DNA of 47,049 nucleotides from Lacibacter sp. (GTDB taxonomy: Bacteria > Bacteroidota > Bacteroidia > Chitinophagales > Chitinophagaceae), in contig JBEBHT010000001.1 of assembly GCA_040081135.1 (NCBI GenBank), positions 1-47,049 of the forward strand, given 5' to 3'. The notes beneath the pieces were generated by a model. It was not told the origin of the DNA and did not search any database. It worked only from the letters and a program-made list of their open reading frames with translations. Position numbers and translations under genes: made by a program. Below are positions 37,047-46,941 of the stretch, one piece after another (positions within the stretch are counted from its first letter, which is position 1; the number at the start of each line of letters is the position of its first letter).

Positions 37047-38492
37047 ATGAGAAAAATTGTTCCGGCATTGGTGTTAACAGCAGTCCTGTTTTTATCCATG
37101 CTTCACCTGTCAGCCCAGGATAAATGGGATCTCCGCCGTTGTGTGGATTACGCTGTTGCGAATAACCTCAATATTAAGCAGGCCGACATTCAGGCAAAGA
37201 TCTCAGCCCTTACTTTAGAGCAAAGCAAATTACAGCGCTGGCCCAATGCTAATTTTCAAAATAGCAATGGTTTCCAGTTTGGCCGTTCAATTGACCCTGC
37301 AACCAACGGGTTTACCAATCAGCAGATCACTTTTTCACAGTATGGACTTTCTTCCAGTGTGAGTTTATACAACTTCAATTCGCAAAAGAATCTTATTCTC
37401 GGGAATCAACTCGATGTAAAGTCCCAACTTGCGGCAGTTGAAAAATGGAAAAATGATATTTCGCTGAGTGTCGCTCTGGCCTATCTGCAGGCACTCCTTT
37501 CAAGAGAGCAGTTAAATATCAGTGCTGTACAACTGAATCAAACAAGAGAGCAGTTAGTATATACAAAGAAACTGGTTGATGCAGGAAGTCTGCCTGAACT
37601 CAATGCTGCTGAACTGGAAGCACAATTAGCTAGAGACAGCAGTACGTATATTGTTGCATCCACAACGTATCAATCGAATATACTGAGCTTAAAAATATGG
37701 ATGAATTACGATCCGGCGTTATCCTTTGAACTGGACACTCCTCCGGTTGATATGATTCCGATTGAAACATTTGCTGAATTGCAACCCGACTTTGTATATA
37801 AGCTTGCACTTGAGAATATGCCTTTGCAAAAAGTAAACCTGTTGCGTTTGCAGGCACTGGAAAAATATCAAAAATCTGCAAGGGGCAGTATGTATCCTAC
37901 CATTGGAGCTTTTGGAAATCTTAACTCCGCTTATTCAAGCGCATTGAAGAGCCTGCCGAAAGGTGCAAATGTTCCCATTGTGATTCCTATAGGATACACA
38001 GGTGCAGGTACTCCCTCCAGCCCAAATGTGTTTACACAAACTTTTGTTCCCGGGGCCTATTCAAAAGCAAATTTTGCACGGCAGCTTGATTTTAACTTCC
38101 GTCAATCAATAGGCATCAGTTTAAATGTGCCCATCTTTAATGGCGGCCAGGCAAGAACAGCGTGGCAGCGCAGCAAATTGAATTATCAAAACCAGCAAAT
38201 CCAGGTTGACAAGGATAATCAAACACTGAAGCAGGATATCTACAGCGCATATATCAATGCGACAGCTGCTTTTCAACGTTACCAGGCATCTGTTAAAACG
38301 GTTGCAACAGCTGAATATTCTTATGATCTCACAAAGAAAAGATACGAGGCAGGGTTGTTACGTACCATTGATTTAATTACCAATCAGAATAATTTATTCA
38401 GGGCAAGACTGGAAAAAGTTTCTAACCAGTTTGATTATGTGTTCCGTATGAAACTTCTTGAGTTTTATAAAGGGCAGGGATTAAAATTATAA
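37047..38492 (+). CDS. TolC-family outer-membrane efflux protein
   Basis: WDLRRCVDYAVANN, LNVPIFNG, RYEAG, YVFRMKLLEFYKG. ATG 37047 lies 4 nt after a TATTTTTG -7 element (37035-37042). Confidence 0.92.
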   Translation: MRKIVPALVLTAVLFLSMLHLSAQDKWDLRRCVDYAVANNLNIKQADIQAKISALTLEQSKLQRWPNANFQNSNGFQFGRSIDPATNGFTNQQITFSQYGLSSSVSLYNFNSQKNLILGNQLDVKSQLAAVEKWKNDISLSVALAYLQALLSREQLNISAVQLNQTREQLVYTKKLVDAGSLPELNAAELEAQLARDSSTYIVASTTYQSNILSLKIWMNYDPALSFELDTPPVDMIPIETFAELQPDFVYKLALENMPLQKVNLLRLQALEKYQKSARGSMYPTIGAFGNLNSAYSSALKSLPKGANVPIVIPIGYTGAGTPSSPNVFTQTFVPGAYSKANFARQLDFNFRQSIGISLNVPIFNGGQARTAWQRSKLNYQNQQIQVDKDNQTLKQDIYSAYINATAAFQRYQASVKTVATAEYSYDLTKKRYEAGLLRTIDLITNQNNLFRARLEKVSNQFDYVFRMKLLEFYKGQGLKL

Positions 38493-38531
38493 GCTATCAA
38501 TAACATTAATTAACAGGCATAACATCATTAT

Positions 38532-39911
38532 ATGAGTAAGAAAATTTGGTGGATCATAGGAATCCTTGTTGTAGTAATAGTTGCACTGGTCATATTGAAA
38601 AAAACCGGGGCTGTTGGCAAAGACGAAGCCGTGAAGGTTGCAACAGAAAAAATCAGTAAGCGTACAATCATTGAAACAGTAAGCGCAAGCGGCAAGGTAT
38701 ATCCTGAAGATGAACGCAAGGTGAGCAGTGATGTGAGCGGTGAAGTAGTGGAAATGTATGTGGAGGAAGGCGACAGTGTTCGCAAGGGACAGATACTGGC
38801 GAGAGTATTTGCTGATGTACTTACTTCTGCAAGAGACCGTGCATCTTCTGTTGTAAACCAGCAGCAGGCGCAGGTTGGAAATACGGAAGCATCCATTGCG
38901 TCTTTTGAAGCAAGACTCAACCAGGCTAAACAGAATTATGAACGCCAGAAAAAATTGCTCAACGATAAAGTTATTTCTAAATCAGAGTTTGAAACAGCCG
39001 AAAGTCAGTACCTCACTGCACAGGCCGATTTGAATGCAGCACGTCAAACAGTAAAAAGTACCAAAGCAGGTGTGCAGAGTGCACAGGCAAGTTTAACAGA
39101 AGCAAATAAAAACCTGTCACGTACAACAGTGATTGCACCTATGAACGGGATTGTTTCATTACTGGCAGTTAAAAAAGGAGAACGTGTAGCAGGTAACAGT
39201 TTCAGTTTGGGTACAGAAATTATGCGTGTGGCAGATATGAGTAAGATTGAAGTAAGAGTGGACGTTGGTGAAAATGATATTCCGAAAGTAAAGATCGGCG
39301 ACAGTGCTATCATTGAAGTGGATGCATACAACGACCGGAAATTTAAAGGAGTGGTTACACAGATTTCAAGCAGCAGTACATCTGCACAGCTACAGACAAG
39401 TTCTACCAGTGATGTAACCAACTATAAGGTTTATATCCGTATTGATCCGGCTTCTTATGCTGATTTGATTGATCCTGCAAAAGGAAAAAACCTTCCTTTC
39501 CGCCCGGGTATGAGTGCAAGTGCCGATATCATGACTACTAAACATGAAAACATTGTGGCTGTTCCAATTCTTGCAGTAACAACAAGAGATAAGAGTGAAC
39601 AGGCATCAAAAACAAAAGCAAAAGAAGAACAGGATAAGAAAAAAGCACAGGGTCAGGATGCTTCTGCTACAGAAAATGCTGTTATGACTGATGAAATGGA
39701 AGAAGTTGTATTCATTATACAGAAAGATGGTACAGTTAAGAAAGTTGCCATCAGAACTAATATTCAGGACAATGAATATATTGAAGTGATGAGCGGAATA
39801 AAAGAAGGTGATGAGGTGATCAGCGCTCCATACAATACCATCAGTAAAACACTGAAGGATGGTATGAAAGTGAAAGTGGTGCCAAAAGATAAAGTGTACG
39901 AAGACAAGTAA
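38532..39911 (+). CDS. Efflux periplasmic adaptor (HlyD/MacA-type membrane fusion protein)
   Basis: N-terminal anchor, VSASGKVYP, VEEGDSVRKGQILA, coiled coil, IAPMNG, RPGMSASADI. Confidence 0.93.
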   Translation: MSKKIWWIIGILVVVIVALVILKKTGAVGKDEAVKVATEKISKRTIIETVSASGKVYPEDERKVSSDVSGEVVEMYVEEGDSVRKGQILARVFADVLTSARDRASSVVNQQQAQVGNTEASIASFEARLNQAKQNYERQKKLLNDKVISKSEFETAESQYLTAQADLNAARQTVKSTKAGVQSAQASLTEANKNLSRTTVIAPMNGIVSLLAVKKGERVAGNSFSLGTEIMRVADMSKIEVRVDVGENDIPKVKIGDSAIIEVDAYNDRKFKGVVTQISSSSTSAQLQTSSTSDVTNYKVYIRIDPASYADLIDPAKGKNLPFRPGMSASADIMTTKHENIVAVPILAVTTRDKSEQASKTKAKEEQDKKKAQGQDASATENAVMTDEMEEVVFIIQKDGTVKKVAIRTNIQDNEYIEVMSGIKEGDEVISAPYNTISKTLKDGMKVKVVPKDKVYEDK

Positions 39912-39925
39912 GGAAAGAAATAAGT

Positions 39926-39961
39926 AAAAGAATCCCGCCCTAAGAGGCGGGATTCTTTTTT
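39926..39961 (+). terminator. Rho-independent terminator
   Basis: aaaagaatcccgcc-ctaaga-ggcgggattctttttt. Confidence 0.85.
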
Positions 39962-40070
39962 GCCGGATATATTGCACAGAAAAAAATATGGAGATTAAAG
40001 GAAGAAAAAAACAATCAAAACACCTGAATAAAGAGCGAATCAGTATTTTACATGTTCTTAATGAAACTGC

Positions 40071-41147
40071 TTGAATAAGGAAGAAGTAAAAAATAAATTT
40101 GCCATGATTGGCAGCGGAAGCTTTGCAACGGCTTTGACAAAGATTCTGAACGACAACAAAGTGCCCCTGCATTGGTTTGTACGCAATCAGCATATTGTTG
40201 AGCATGTAAAAAAGTATGGGCATAATCCAAGCTACCTGCGTTCTGCCTCTTTCAAAACAGAGCTGCTGGTGTTAAGTACTAATCTTGTTGAAACGATTGA
40301 GCATGCGGAATATATTATCCTTGCCATTCCATCGGCTTATGCAGAAGAAGTGCTGGGAGGTTTACCGAAAAATATTTTTGAAGGCAAAAAAATCATCTCT
40401 GCAATAAAAGGTATTATTCCCGGCAGAAATCAGTTGCTCAATGATTACCTGAAGGATGAATTTGAATTTGATATAAATGACTACTACACCATCATGGGTC
40501 CCTGTCATGCAGAGGAGGTAGCTTCTGAAAAATTATCTTATCTCACTTTTACGGGTCTGCACGATAAAACTGCACAATGGATCGCTGATCAGTTTAAGAA
40601 TCATTACATCAACACCGTCATTAATGATGATGTGTATGGTGTGCAGTTTGCCGCCATCTTAAAAAACATTTATGCACTGGGCAGTGGTATTGCCCACGGG
40701 CTTGAATACGGCGATAATTTTTTAAGTGTATTGATTGCCAATGCCGCTGATGAAATGGCGGGTTTCCTGCGCAAAGTAGGGATCCGTAATATAGAAGTGG
40801 GTGTACATAAGGAACCGATCCCCGGTGTACAACTCCTGAAAAAATCATTCAGTAAATCGGCTAACTATGCCGCCAGTGTGTACATGGGAGATCTGCTGGT
40901 AACCTGTTATTCCATGTACAGCCGTAACCGTACGTTCGGGAATATGATTGGTAAAGGATTTACTGTGAAAGCAGCACAGCTTGAAATGAATATGGTGGCA
41001 GAAGGTTATAATGCCAGCAAGAGTTTTTATAATATCAACAAGGAAGTTGGTGCCGATATGCCCATTGCCAATACCGTGTATAAAATTCTGTGGGAAAATG
41101 TGCCGCCTGCTCTTGCATTTGAACAGTTGGAGGGGGAGTTGATTTGA
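40071..41147 (+). CDS. gpsA: NAD(P)H-dependent glycerol-3-phosphate dehydrogenase
   Basis: IGSGSFATAL, ISAIKG, GPCHAEEV, LKNIYA, GDLLVTCYS..SRNRTFG, VAEG. Start uncertain. Confidence 0.93.
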   Translation: MNKEEVKNKFAMIGSGSFATALTKILNDNKVPLHWFVRNQHIVEHVKKYGHNPSYLRSASFKTELLVLSTNLVETIEHAEYIILAIPSAYAEEVLGGLPKNIFEGKKIISAIKGIIPGRNQLLNDYLKDEFEFDINDYYTIMGPCHAEEVASEKLSYLTFTGLHDKTAQWIADQFKNHYINTVINDDVYGVQFAAILKNIYALGSGIAHGLEYGDNFLSVLIANAADEMAGFLRKVGIRNIEVGVHKEPIPGVQLLKKSFSKSANYAASVYMGDLLVTCYSMYSRNRTFGNMIGKGFTVKAAQLEMNMVAEGYNASKSFYNINKEVGADMPIANTVYKILWENVPPALAFEQLEGELI

Positions 41148-41311
41148 TTGTAAAGACTTCAAAACATTTGTTATTTGAGATTCGTATCCACTTGAACCCT
41201 GCACAAACAAAAGGTTTTATTTAGATGAAACCCTGAATAAAAATATGCTGACTTGAAATTCCCATAAGTATTTATTCATCATGAATAAAACTGGTTTAAA
41301 ATATCTGCACT

Positions 41312-42793
41312 ATGATTTTCTGCCTATTTAAAAGAATTATTCTTTCTCTAATTACATTGCTTTTTTTTATGCCAATAGTTTGCCAGGAAGTATCTGGAAA
41401 AAAAGGTTTTTTTATCAGGTATTCCAATTATGAACCTTTGTTTGGTACAAAAACTGAAAATTTAAATAACCATGTAATTGTAAAACAGGTTCGTTCGACT
41501 GTGTGGCCAGGAAGCAAATTTGAAACAGGGATTTTTAAACGGATTACACCAAAAATTAGTTGGAACAGCTCGATTGCATCCTCAGTTAATACCCAAATGA
41601 TTCGTTATGATAATTTAAATGCAGTGGAAGATGAACGGGATTTTGGGTCACCTACTTTTTTAATTACAACAACAGCAGCAAAACATAAATTGATTGGCTT
41701 TTCTAATACTTTTCAATTTGAAATCTGGAAAGGATTTTTTCTTGAGGCTGGAGTTATGCCGGCATTTAATGTTTCAAAATCACTAACTAAGGAAAACATA
41801 TCCTTAACTACTGATGCTGCTAACAAGGTGTACGCACCGCTTTTATGGAACACTTCAAGAAATATTAATAAGTTTTTCCTGTTTGGCCGGGTTGGAATCG
41901 GGTATTTGTATAAAGGCTTTTTTGTGAATTATCTGTTTGAGCAGAATCTTACGGCTGTTATAAATAAATTTTCATTTAAAGGGGATAATTATTTACTTAA
42001 ATATGATTTCTGGAAAAACCAAGGGTATAGTATTGGGTACATGCATAATTTTAGTTATGATCATAAAAGAAAACCCACAGAAGTAGAACAGGAAAAAAGC
42101 AGAAATAAAAATAGAGAATCTTTTCCAGATGGATTATATCTCCAGGCAGGTATACCTCTTTCCATCACTGGTAAAGTGGCTTCTTCCTCAGCTACAAAAA
42201 ACTACATCAAAAAAAATATTCAAACCGGCTTTGAATTTGGCGTAGGTCATTTAAACTGGCTTTCTAATAAGTGGTTTCTTCATACTTCTGTTCATGCAGG
42301 GTTTCAAACGTATGGATGCACAGTTTATATTCCTGTGCCTGGCATGTCTGCAAGTATTGATAGAAGCTGGCCACAGCGGGCAACTGGTTTTACAGCAAGT
42401 CTTCGTCTTCAGCCCGAATATCATTTTAAATTCAGGAAGCAGCAGGCGTACTTCGGGGCTGGATTGGGTATTAGCCAGTTACTTACAAACAGTAAGTATG
42501 AAAATTTCCTTTGGAACAGTTACAGAGCAAATGGAACTCAAATACAAGGCTATTTAATCGCAATCTCAAATAAGACTACTCAACTTCAAGTTCCTTTTAC
42601 TATTGGAGTGCAAAAGCTAAATAAAAATAAGAGGTATTGGCGTTTTAGTTTGAGTTATTTGTATGGCCTGATTAATATGACAGAAATTGAATATTATCTA
42701 GATCCTGAGCGAGGCAATAAAGAACAAGGGAGTTTAGAAGGATTGAAATCTTCGTTTCAAATTTCAGTCATGAAGCAAATCAAAAACAGGTAA
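41312..42793 (+). CDS. Hypothetical secreted protein, probably two tandem outer-membrane beta-barrel domains
   Basis: Signal-like N-terminus; alternating aromatic beta-strand pattern in two halves separated by a charged linker (DHKRKPTEVEQEKSRNKNRE). Confidence 0.6.
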   Translation: MIFCLFKRIILSLITLLFFMPIVCQEVSGKKGFFIRYSNYEPLFGTKTENLNNHVIVKQVRSTVWPGSKFETGIFKRITPKISWNSSIASSVNTQMIRYDNLNAVEDERDFGSPTFLITTTAAKHKLIGFSNTFQFEIWKGFFLEAGVMPAFNVSKSLTKENISLTTDAANKVYAPLLWNTSRNINKFFLFGRVGIGYLYKGFFVNYLFEQNLTAVINKFSFKGDNYLLKYDFWKNQGYSIGYMHNFSYDHKRKPTEVEQEKSRNKNRESFPDGLYLQAGIPLSITGKVASSSATKNYIKKNIQTGFEFGVGHLNWLSNKWFLHTSVHAGFQTYGCTVYIPVPGMSASIDRSWPQRATGFTASLRLQPEYHFKFRKQQAYFGAGLGISQLLTNSKYENFLWNSYRANGTQIQGYLIAISNKTTQLQVPFTIGVQKLNKNKRYWRFSLSYLYGLINMTEIEYYLDPERGNKEQGSLEGLKSSFQISVMKQIKNR

Positions 42794-42897
42794 CAAAAAA
42801 GCAGGCATTTTTAATGTGATTTGACAGAAATAGTTAAAACTTTATTGTCACTGCCAAAACCTCGAAACTCTTTGTAACTTTATACAAACAAAAAGAC

Positions 42898-43011
42898 ATG
42901 CCAGTTTCATTTACAGGTTTTGGTGGTTGGGCGCTGCTGCTGATGCTGGCAATAGGCATTGTTCATCATCTGCTTTCCCAGCGCAATGCAAAGAAACACT
43001 CAGTTGAATAA
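42898..43011 (+). CDS. Unannotated 37-aa single-pass membrane peptide
   Basis: MPVSFTGFGGWALLLMLAIGIVHHLLSQRNAKKHSVE*; A-rich leader aaacaaaaagac-ATG; fills the gap up to the convergent gene. Confidence 0.5.
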   Translation: MPVSFTGFGGWALLLMLAIGIVHHLLSQRNAKKHSVE

Positions 43012-43016
43012 GTTTA

Positions 43017-43730
43017 TCAGCTGATAGAATTCCCTTCGTCTTTCCCATACAGTTTAATCAGTAATGCAAACCTGTAATAAAACAGGATAGAAACAGCCAT
43101 GAACAGGTGACTGATATCGTTATAATTGAACCAGCGGTTCAGGCTCAGCTTCAAAGCATGACAAAGAATAGCACCAACTCCGGCTGCTGTTGCGTACAGC
43201 AAATACTGAAATGCTTTTTCTTTTGTCTTCAGGTACACATACAGTTCAAAACTGAACACTACTACAACCAAACCATAGGTAGCATGTAATTCCACGTATA
43301 GAAAATCCAGCTTTACCAACGAAAGCGTCATGAAAGTGAGGATTTCAAAAATATTCAGCACAGAAAAAAACCGACCAACATTTTTATTCATCAATGGACG
43401 GCTGTGCGAAATAACTGCCCGTTCAAATGCTGCTACACCCGCCATGCTGATATACCAGCCGGGAATCTTTCCATACAATCCGGTTGCATATAAAAACGCA
43501 TGACCAATCACTCCGCCAATAATAGTTGCCCAGCCAATCAGCAGAAAAAAATAACCGATATAGCGGTGTGTGAAAGATTGATTAAGACCTCTTTTCTTTA
43601 AACCATAGTATGCATAAAAACACGCAAGTGCAATCAGCAGATTTGTGAGAACTGTAAACGGTTCAAGGATGGTAATGCCGAAGAGATGAATCCTTGGCAT
43701 GTCGGCTAAATTCGAAATTGCTTCGTACAT
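43017..43730 (-). CDS. 7-TM membrane protein (DUF6962/CREST-like)
   Basis: EPFTVLTNL, GG..GHAF, C-terminal NDISH; hydrophobic profile. Confidence 0.65.
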   Translation of the reverse strand: MYEAISNLADMPRIHLFGITILEPFTVLTNLLIALACFYAYYGLKKRGLNQSFTHRYIGYFFLLIGWATIIGGVIGHAFLYATGLYGKIPGWYISMAGVAAFERAVISHSRPLMNKNVGRFFSVLNIFEILTFMTLSLVKLDFLYVELHATYGLVVVVFSFELYVYLKTKEKAFQYLLYATAAGVGAILCHALKLSLNRWFNYNDISHLFMAVSILFYYRFALLIKLYGKDEGNSIS

Positions 43731-43835
43731 GCGAACTTTATTATAGCTGAGACTTCACTAAATTAAACAAGCTTTTCCATTTTTAATGAATTCATTCTCT
43801 GTGCAACTCCACCTCTCTTTTACTCTGTGTTGAAC

Positions 43836-44969
43836 TCAATCGAAAAACAACTCAGCAGCAATTCTGTCTGCAAATAACTTTCCTTCACCAGTTAAGATGA
43901 GATGATTGTTTGCTTCCATCAGCCAGTTTTTATTTACAAATGCAATAGATTCTGCTTCCAGTTGTGCGGCTTTCTCTTCTCCGAATTTTTCTTTTATAAA
44001 ATTTAAATCGCAACCTTCCATCAATCGCAGGCTGGTCATAATATATTCGTTCAACTGTTGTACAGAACTCAGTTCTTCTTTTTCAAACGGAATACTGTTT
44101 TGCTGCAATGATTGAATGTACTGCTGATTATTCGCCACATTCCACTGTCGGCTGTTGCCATTAAATGAATGGGCTGATGGTCCAAGCCCTAGGTAATGGG
44201 TTCCATGCCAGTAACTGCTGTTGTGTTTGCTCCTATGTCCCGGCTTTGCAAAATTAGAAATCTCATAGTGCTCAAAACCAGCCTGCTTCATTGCTTCCAT
44301 CAACAATAAAAATTGGCGGCTTTGCTGTTCAGGATCAATGTCCACTTTCTGATGAAGACGGATCTGTTTATCCAACGGAGTTTTTTCTTCAACCGTTAAG
44401 GCATAGCAGGAAAGATGGGTAATGTTTTGCTGCAATACCCAATCCATATTCTGTTTCCACTTATCGTCGATTAAACCGGGAGTGCCATAAATTAAGTCAA
44501 CAGTGAAATTATCAAACCCGGCATTTCTTGCTTTTTGAATCACCTGTTTAGCATCGTTAGCTGTATGTGCCCTGTTCATCCATTGCAGGTCTTCATCAAA
44601 CAAAGATTGAATGCCGATACTCAGTCGATTAATACCTGCCACTTTCCACCCTGCAAGTTTTTCATCGGTAACATCATCGGGGTTGGCTTCTAATGTTATT
44701 TCTGCACCGGGACTAACCACAAACTGTTCCTGAAGTTTGTTCAGGATTGTGTTTACTTCTTCGTTGGAAAGTAAACTTGGGGTTCCTCCACCAAAATAAA
44801 TTGTTTCAATAACCCGGTTGTCTAAATAATTATTTGAGGATTGTAATTCAATCTCCTTCAATAAAGCAGTCACAAATTCGTTTTTATACCGCAGACTTGT
44901 ACTGAAATGAAAATTACAGTAGTGACATGCCTGCCTGCAAAACGGAATATGTATGTAAATACCTGCCAT
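43836..44969 (-). CDS. hemW: Radical SAM heme chaperone
   Basis: IYIHIPFCRQACHYCNF, IYFGGGTPS, EITLEANPDD, NRLSIGIQS, YEISNFA..SKHNSSYW, LGLGPSAHS. Confidence 0.95.
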   Translation of the reverse strand: MAGIYIHIPFCRQACHYCNFHFSTSLRYKNEFVTALLKEIELQSSNNYLDNRVIETIYFGGGTPSLLSNEEVNTILNKLQEQFVVSPGAEITLEANPDDVTDEKLAGWKVAGINRLSIGIQSLFDEDLQWMNRAHTANDAKQVIQKARNAGFDNFTVDLIYGTPGLIDDKWKQNMDWVLQQNITHLSCYALTVEEKTPLDKQIRLHQKVDIDPEQQSRQFLLLMEAMKQAGFEHYEISNFAKPGHRSKHNSSYWHGTHYLGLGPSAHSFNGNSRQWNVANNQQYIQSLQQNSIPFEKEELSSVQQLNEYIMTSLRLMEGCDLNFIKEKFGEEKAAQLEAESIAFVNKNWLMEANNHLILTGEGKLFADRIAAELFFD

Positions 44970-45100
44970 TAGCTGTTAAATAATGTGTGTTTTATTTTTC
45001 GGCAGGTAAACCTGTTTGCAAAAAGGGATATGAATGTATATTCCGGCCAAATGAATGCTTAATTTTATCACTTATGTTGATTCAGCAAAACTAACCGTTC

Positions 45101-46906
45101 GTGCATCAAAAAAGCAAAGCTTCTTTCTGTTCTCTACTTCTTTCATGTATTTGCTGCATGATTGCATTTACTGTGCAGGCACAAAAAAAATATCCTTTGC
45201 AGTATCGCTTTACTGACACTGCCGATGTTTCTGCTTCCCTTAGTTTGCAAACCGGCTTTGATGATAAAGCCTCCTGCAGCCAGTATATTTTTCAACTTCC
45301 TCAATTGTTGCAGAAGAAAGGATTTGTAACTGCATCTGTTGACAGCGTACAAATGGATACTGCTTCAGCCAACATACTGATCTTCCTGGGTAAGCAATAC
45401 CGCTGGGCCAAACTCAATATCGACTCTCTTCCACAGGAATTATTAAACAGCGCAGGTTACAGGGATAAGAATTTCAAACAGCAACCGCTGGACTTCGCTG
45501 CTGTTCAGCAATTGCAGCAACGCTTACTGGATAAACTGGAGAATGCCGGGTATCCCTTCGCCAATATCTATTTAGACAGTTTTGATTTGCAGGAGGAAGG
45601 AATGAGTGCTGTGTTGAAAATGGAAAAGGGGCCGCTTTACAGAGTAGACAGTATTCGTGTTTATGGTGATGTAAGAATCAACAACCGGTTTCTGCAACGT
45701 TATCTTGAAATTCCTGACGGCTCTATTTATCAAAAACAAAAATTACTCAGCATCAGTTCAAAGCTGTTGCAACTGCCTTACTTAACCGAAGAACAAAAAT
45801 GGAACATGAGTTTCCTGGGAACCGGGTCAATTGTAAACCTGTATTTAAAAGAAAAGAAGAGCAGCCAAATAAATGGATTGATTGGATTTTTACCGGCAAC
45901 AGATCAGCAGGGACGGAATAAATTATTGGTAACGGGTGATTTCAATCTCAACCTCCGCAATAGCTTTGGTTTGGGTGAAGCATTGAGTGTGGTATTTCAA
46001 CAGGTGCAGGTTCAATCACCACGGCTGCAATTAGGTTATCAGCAACCCTTCCTGTTTGGCTCTCCATTTGGTGTTGATTTTTCCTTTGATGGGTTTAAAA
46101 AAGATACCAGCTTTCTCAATATTAATCTGCAGTTGGGTGTGCAGTATTCTTTTGGCGGAAATAAAAGTGGAAAAATATTTTACCAACAGTTTATTTCCAA
46201 TCTGCTTGATGTAGATACCAATGCAATCCGCAACAACAGGCGGTTACCCGACCAGATAGATCAGACAACATCAAACATCGGCATTGAATACGAATGGTTC
46301 AATACAGATTACCGCTTTAACCCACGCAAGGGAATTGATATGAAGCTTACAGGTTCTGCAGGCATCCGGCGCATCAGGCAGAATAATAATATCAGCAACA
46401 TAAAAGATTTATCCAATCCCGGCTTCAACTTTCAATCCCTGTATGATTCACTGGGTACAAAAGCATATACATTCCGCTTCAGAGGGAATGTGGCTAAATA
46501 TTTTAAGACAGGTAAGCAAACAACATTTAAAACTGCTTTGAATGTGGGCCTGGTGCAAAGTCCCCGCATCTTCCGTAATGAACTATACCAGATTGGCGGA
46601 TTTCGCATGCTGCGGGGATTTGATGAAGAAAGTATTTTTGCATCGGCTTATGCAGTTGTAACAGCTGAATACAGGATTCTTATTGGATTAAACAGTTACC
46701 TCTATGCATTTACAGATGGCGCATGGGCACAGAATCACAGTCAGTATGCACATACGTCCAACACCTATTTTGGAACGGGATTAGGACTTGCTTTTGAAAC
46801 CAAGGCTGGCATTTTCAATATTGCTTTTGCTGCAGGCAAACGAAATGATCTCTCCTTTAATCTCAGGCAAAGTAAAATTCATTTCGGTTATGTGAATTTT
46901 TTCTGA
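45101..46906 (+). CDS. Omp85/TamA-like outer-membrane protein
   Basis: POTRA-like LENAGYPFA, IGGFRMLRGFDEESI motif, C-terminal Phe. Start approximate. Confidence 0.85.
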   Translation: MHQKSKASFCSLLLSCICCMIAFTVQAQKKYPLQYRFTDTADVSASLSLQTGFDDKASCSQYIFQLPQLLQKKGFVTASVDSVQMDTASANILIFLGKQYRWAKLNIDSLPQELLNSAGYRDKNFKQQPLDFAAVQQLQQRLLDKLENAGYPFANIYLDSFDLQEEGMSAVLKMEKGPLYRVDSIRVYGDVRINNRFLQRYLEIPDGSIYQKQKLLSISSKLLQLPYLTEEQKWNMSFLGTGSIVNLYLKEKKSSQINGLIGFLPATDQQGRNKLLVTGDFNLNLRNSFGLGEALSVVFQQVQVQSPRLQLGYQQPFLFGSPFGVDFSFDGFKKDTSFLNINLQLGVQYSFGGNKSGKIFYQQFISNLLDVDTNAIRNNRRLPDQIDQTTSNIGIEYEWFNTDYRFNPRKGIDMKLTGSAGIRRIRQNNNISNIKDLSNPGFNFQSLYDSLGTKAYTFRFRGNVAKYFKTGKQTTFKTALNVGLVQSPRIFRNELYQIGGFRMLRGFDEESIFASAYAVVTAEYRILIGLNSYLYAFTDGAWAQNHSQYAHTSNTYFGTGLGLAFETKAGIFNIAFAAGKRNDLSFNLRQSKIHFGYVNFF

Positions 46907-46941
46907 TGGATAGTTTGGCTTGCATATTTTTGCAGCAACCG

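Noticed and set aside
39931..39954. aatcccgcc...ggcgggatt as a third copy of the mobile palindrome
   Set aside because: It shares only cccgcc/ggcggg, lacks the tgaatga core, and has A/T tails and a position typical of an intrinsic terminator.
39606..40223. 205-aa minus-strand ORF
   Set aside because: Antisense to the adaptor gene and gpsA, crosses a terminator, and has low-complexity Phe-rich shadow composition.
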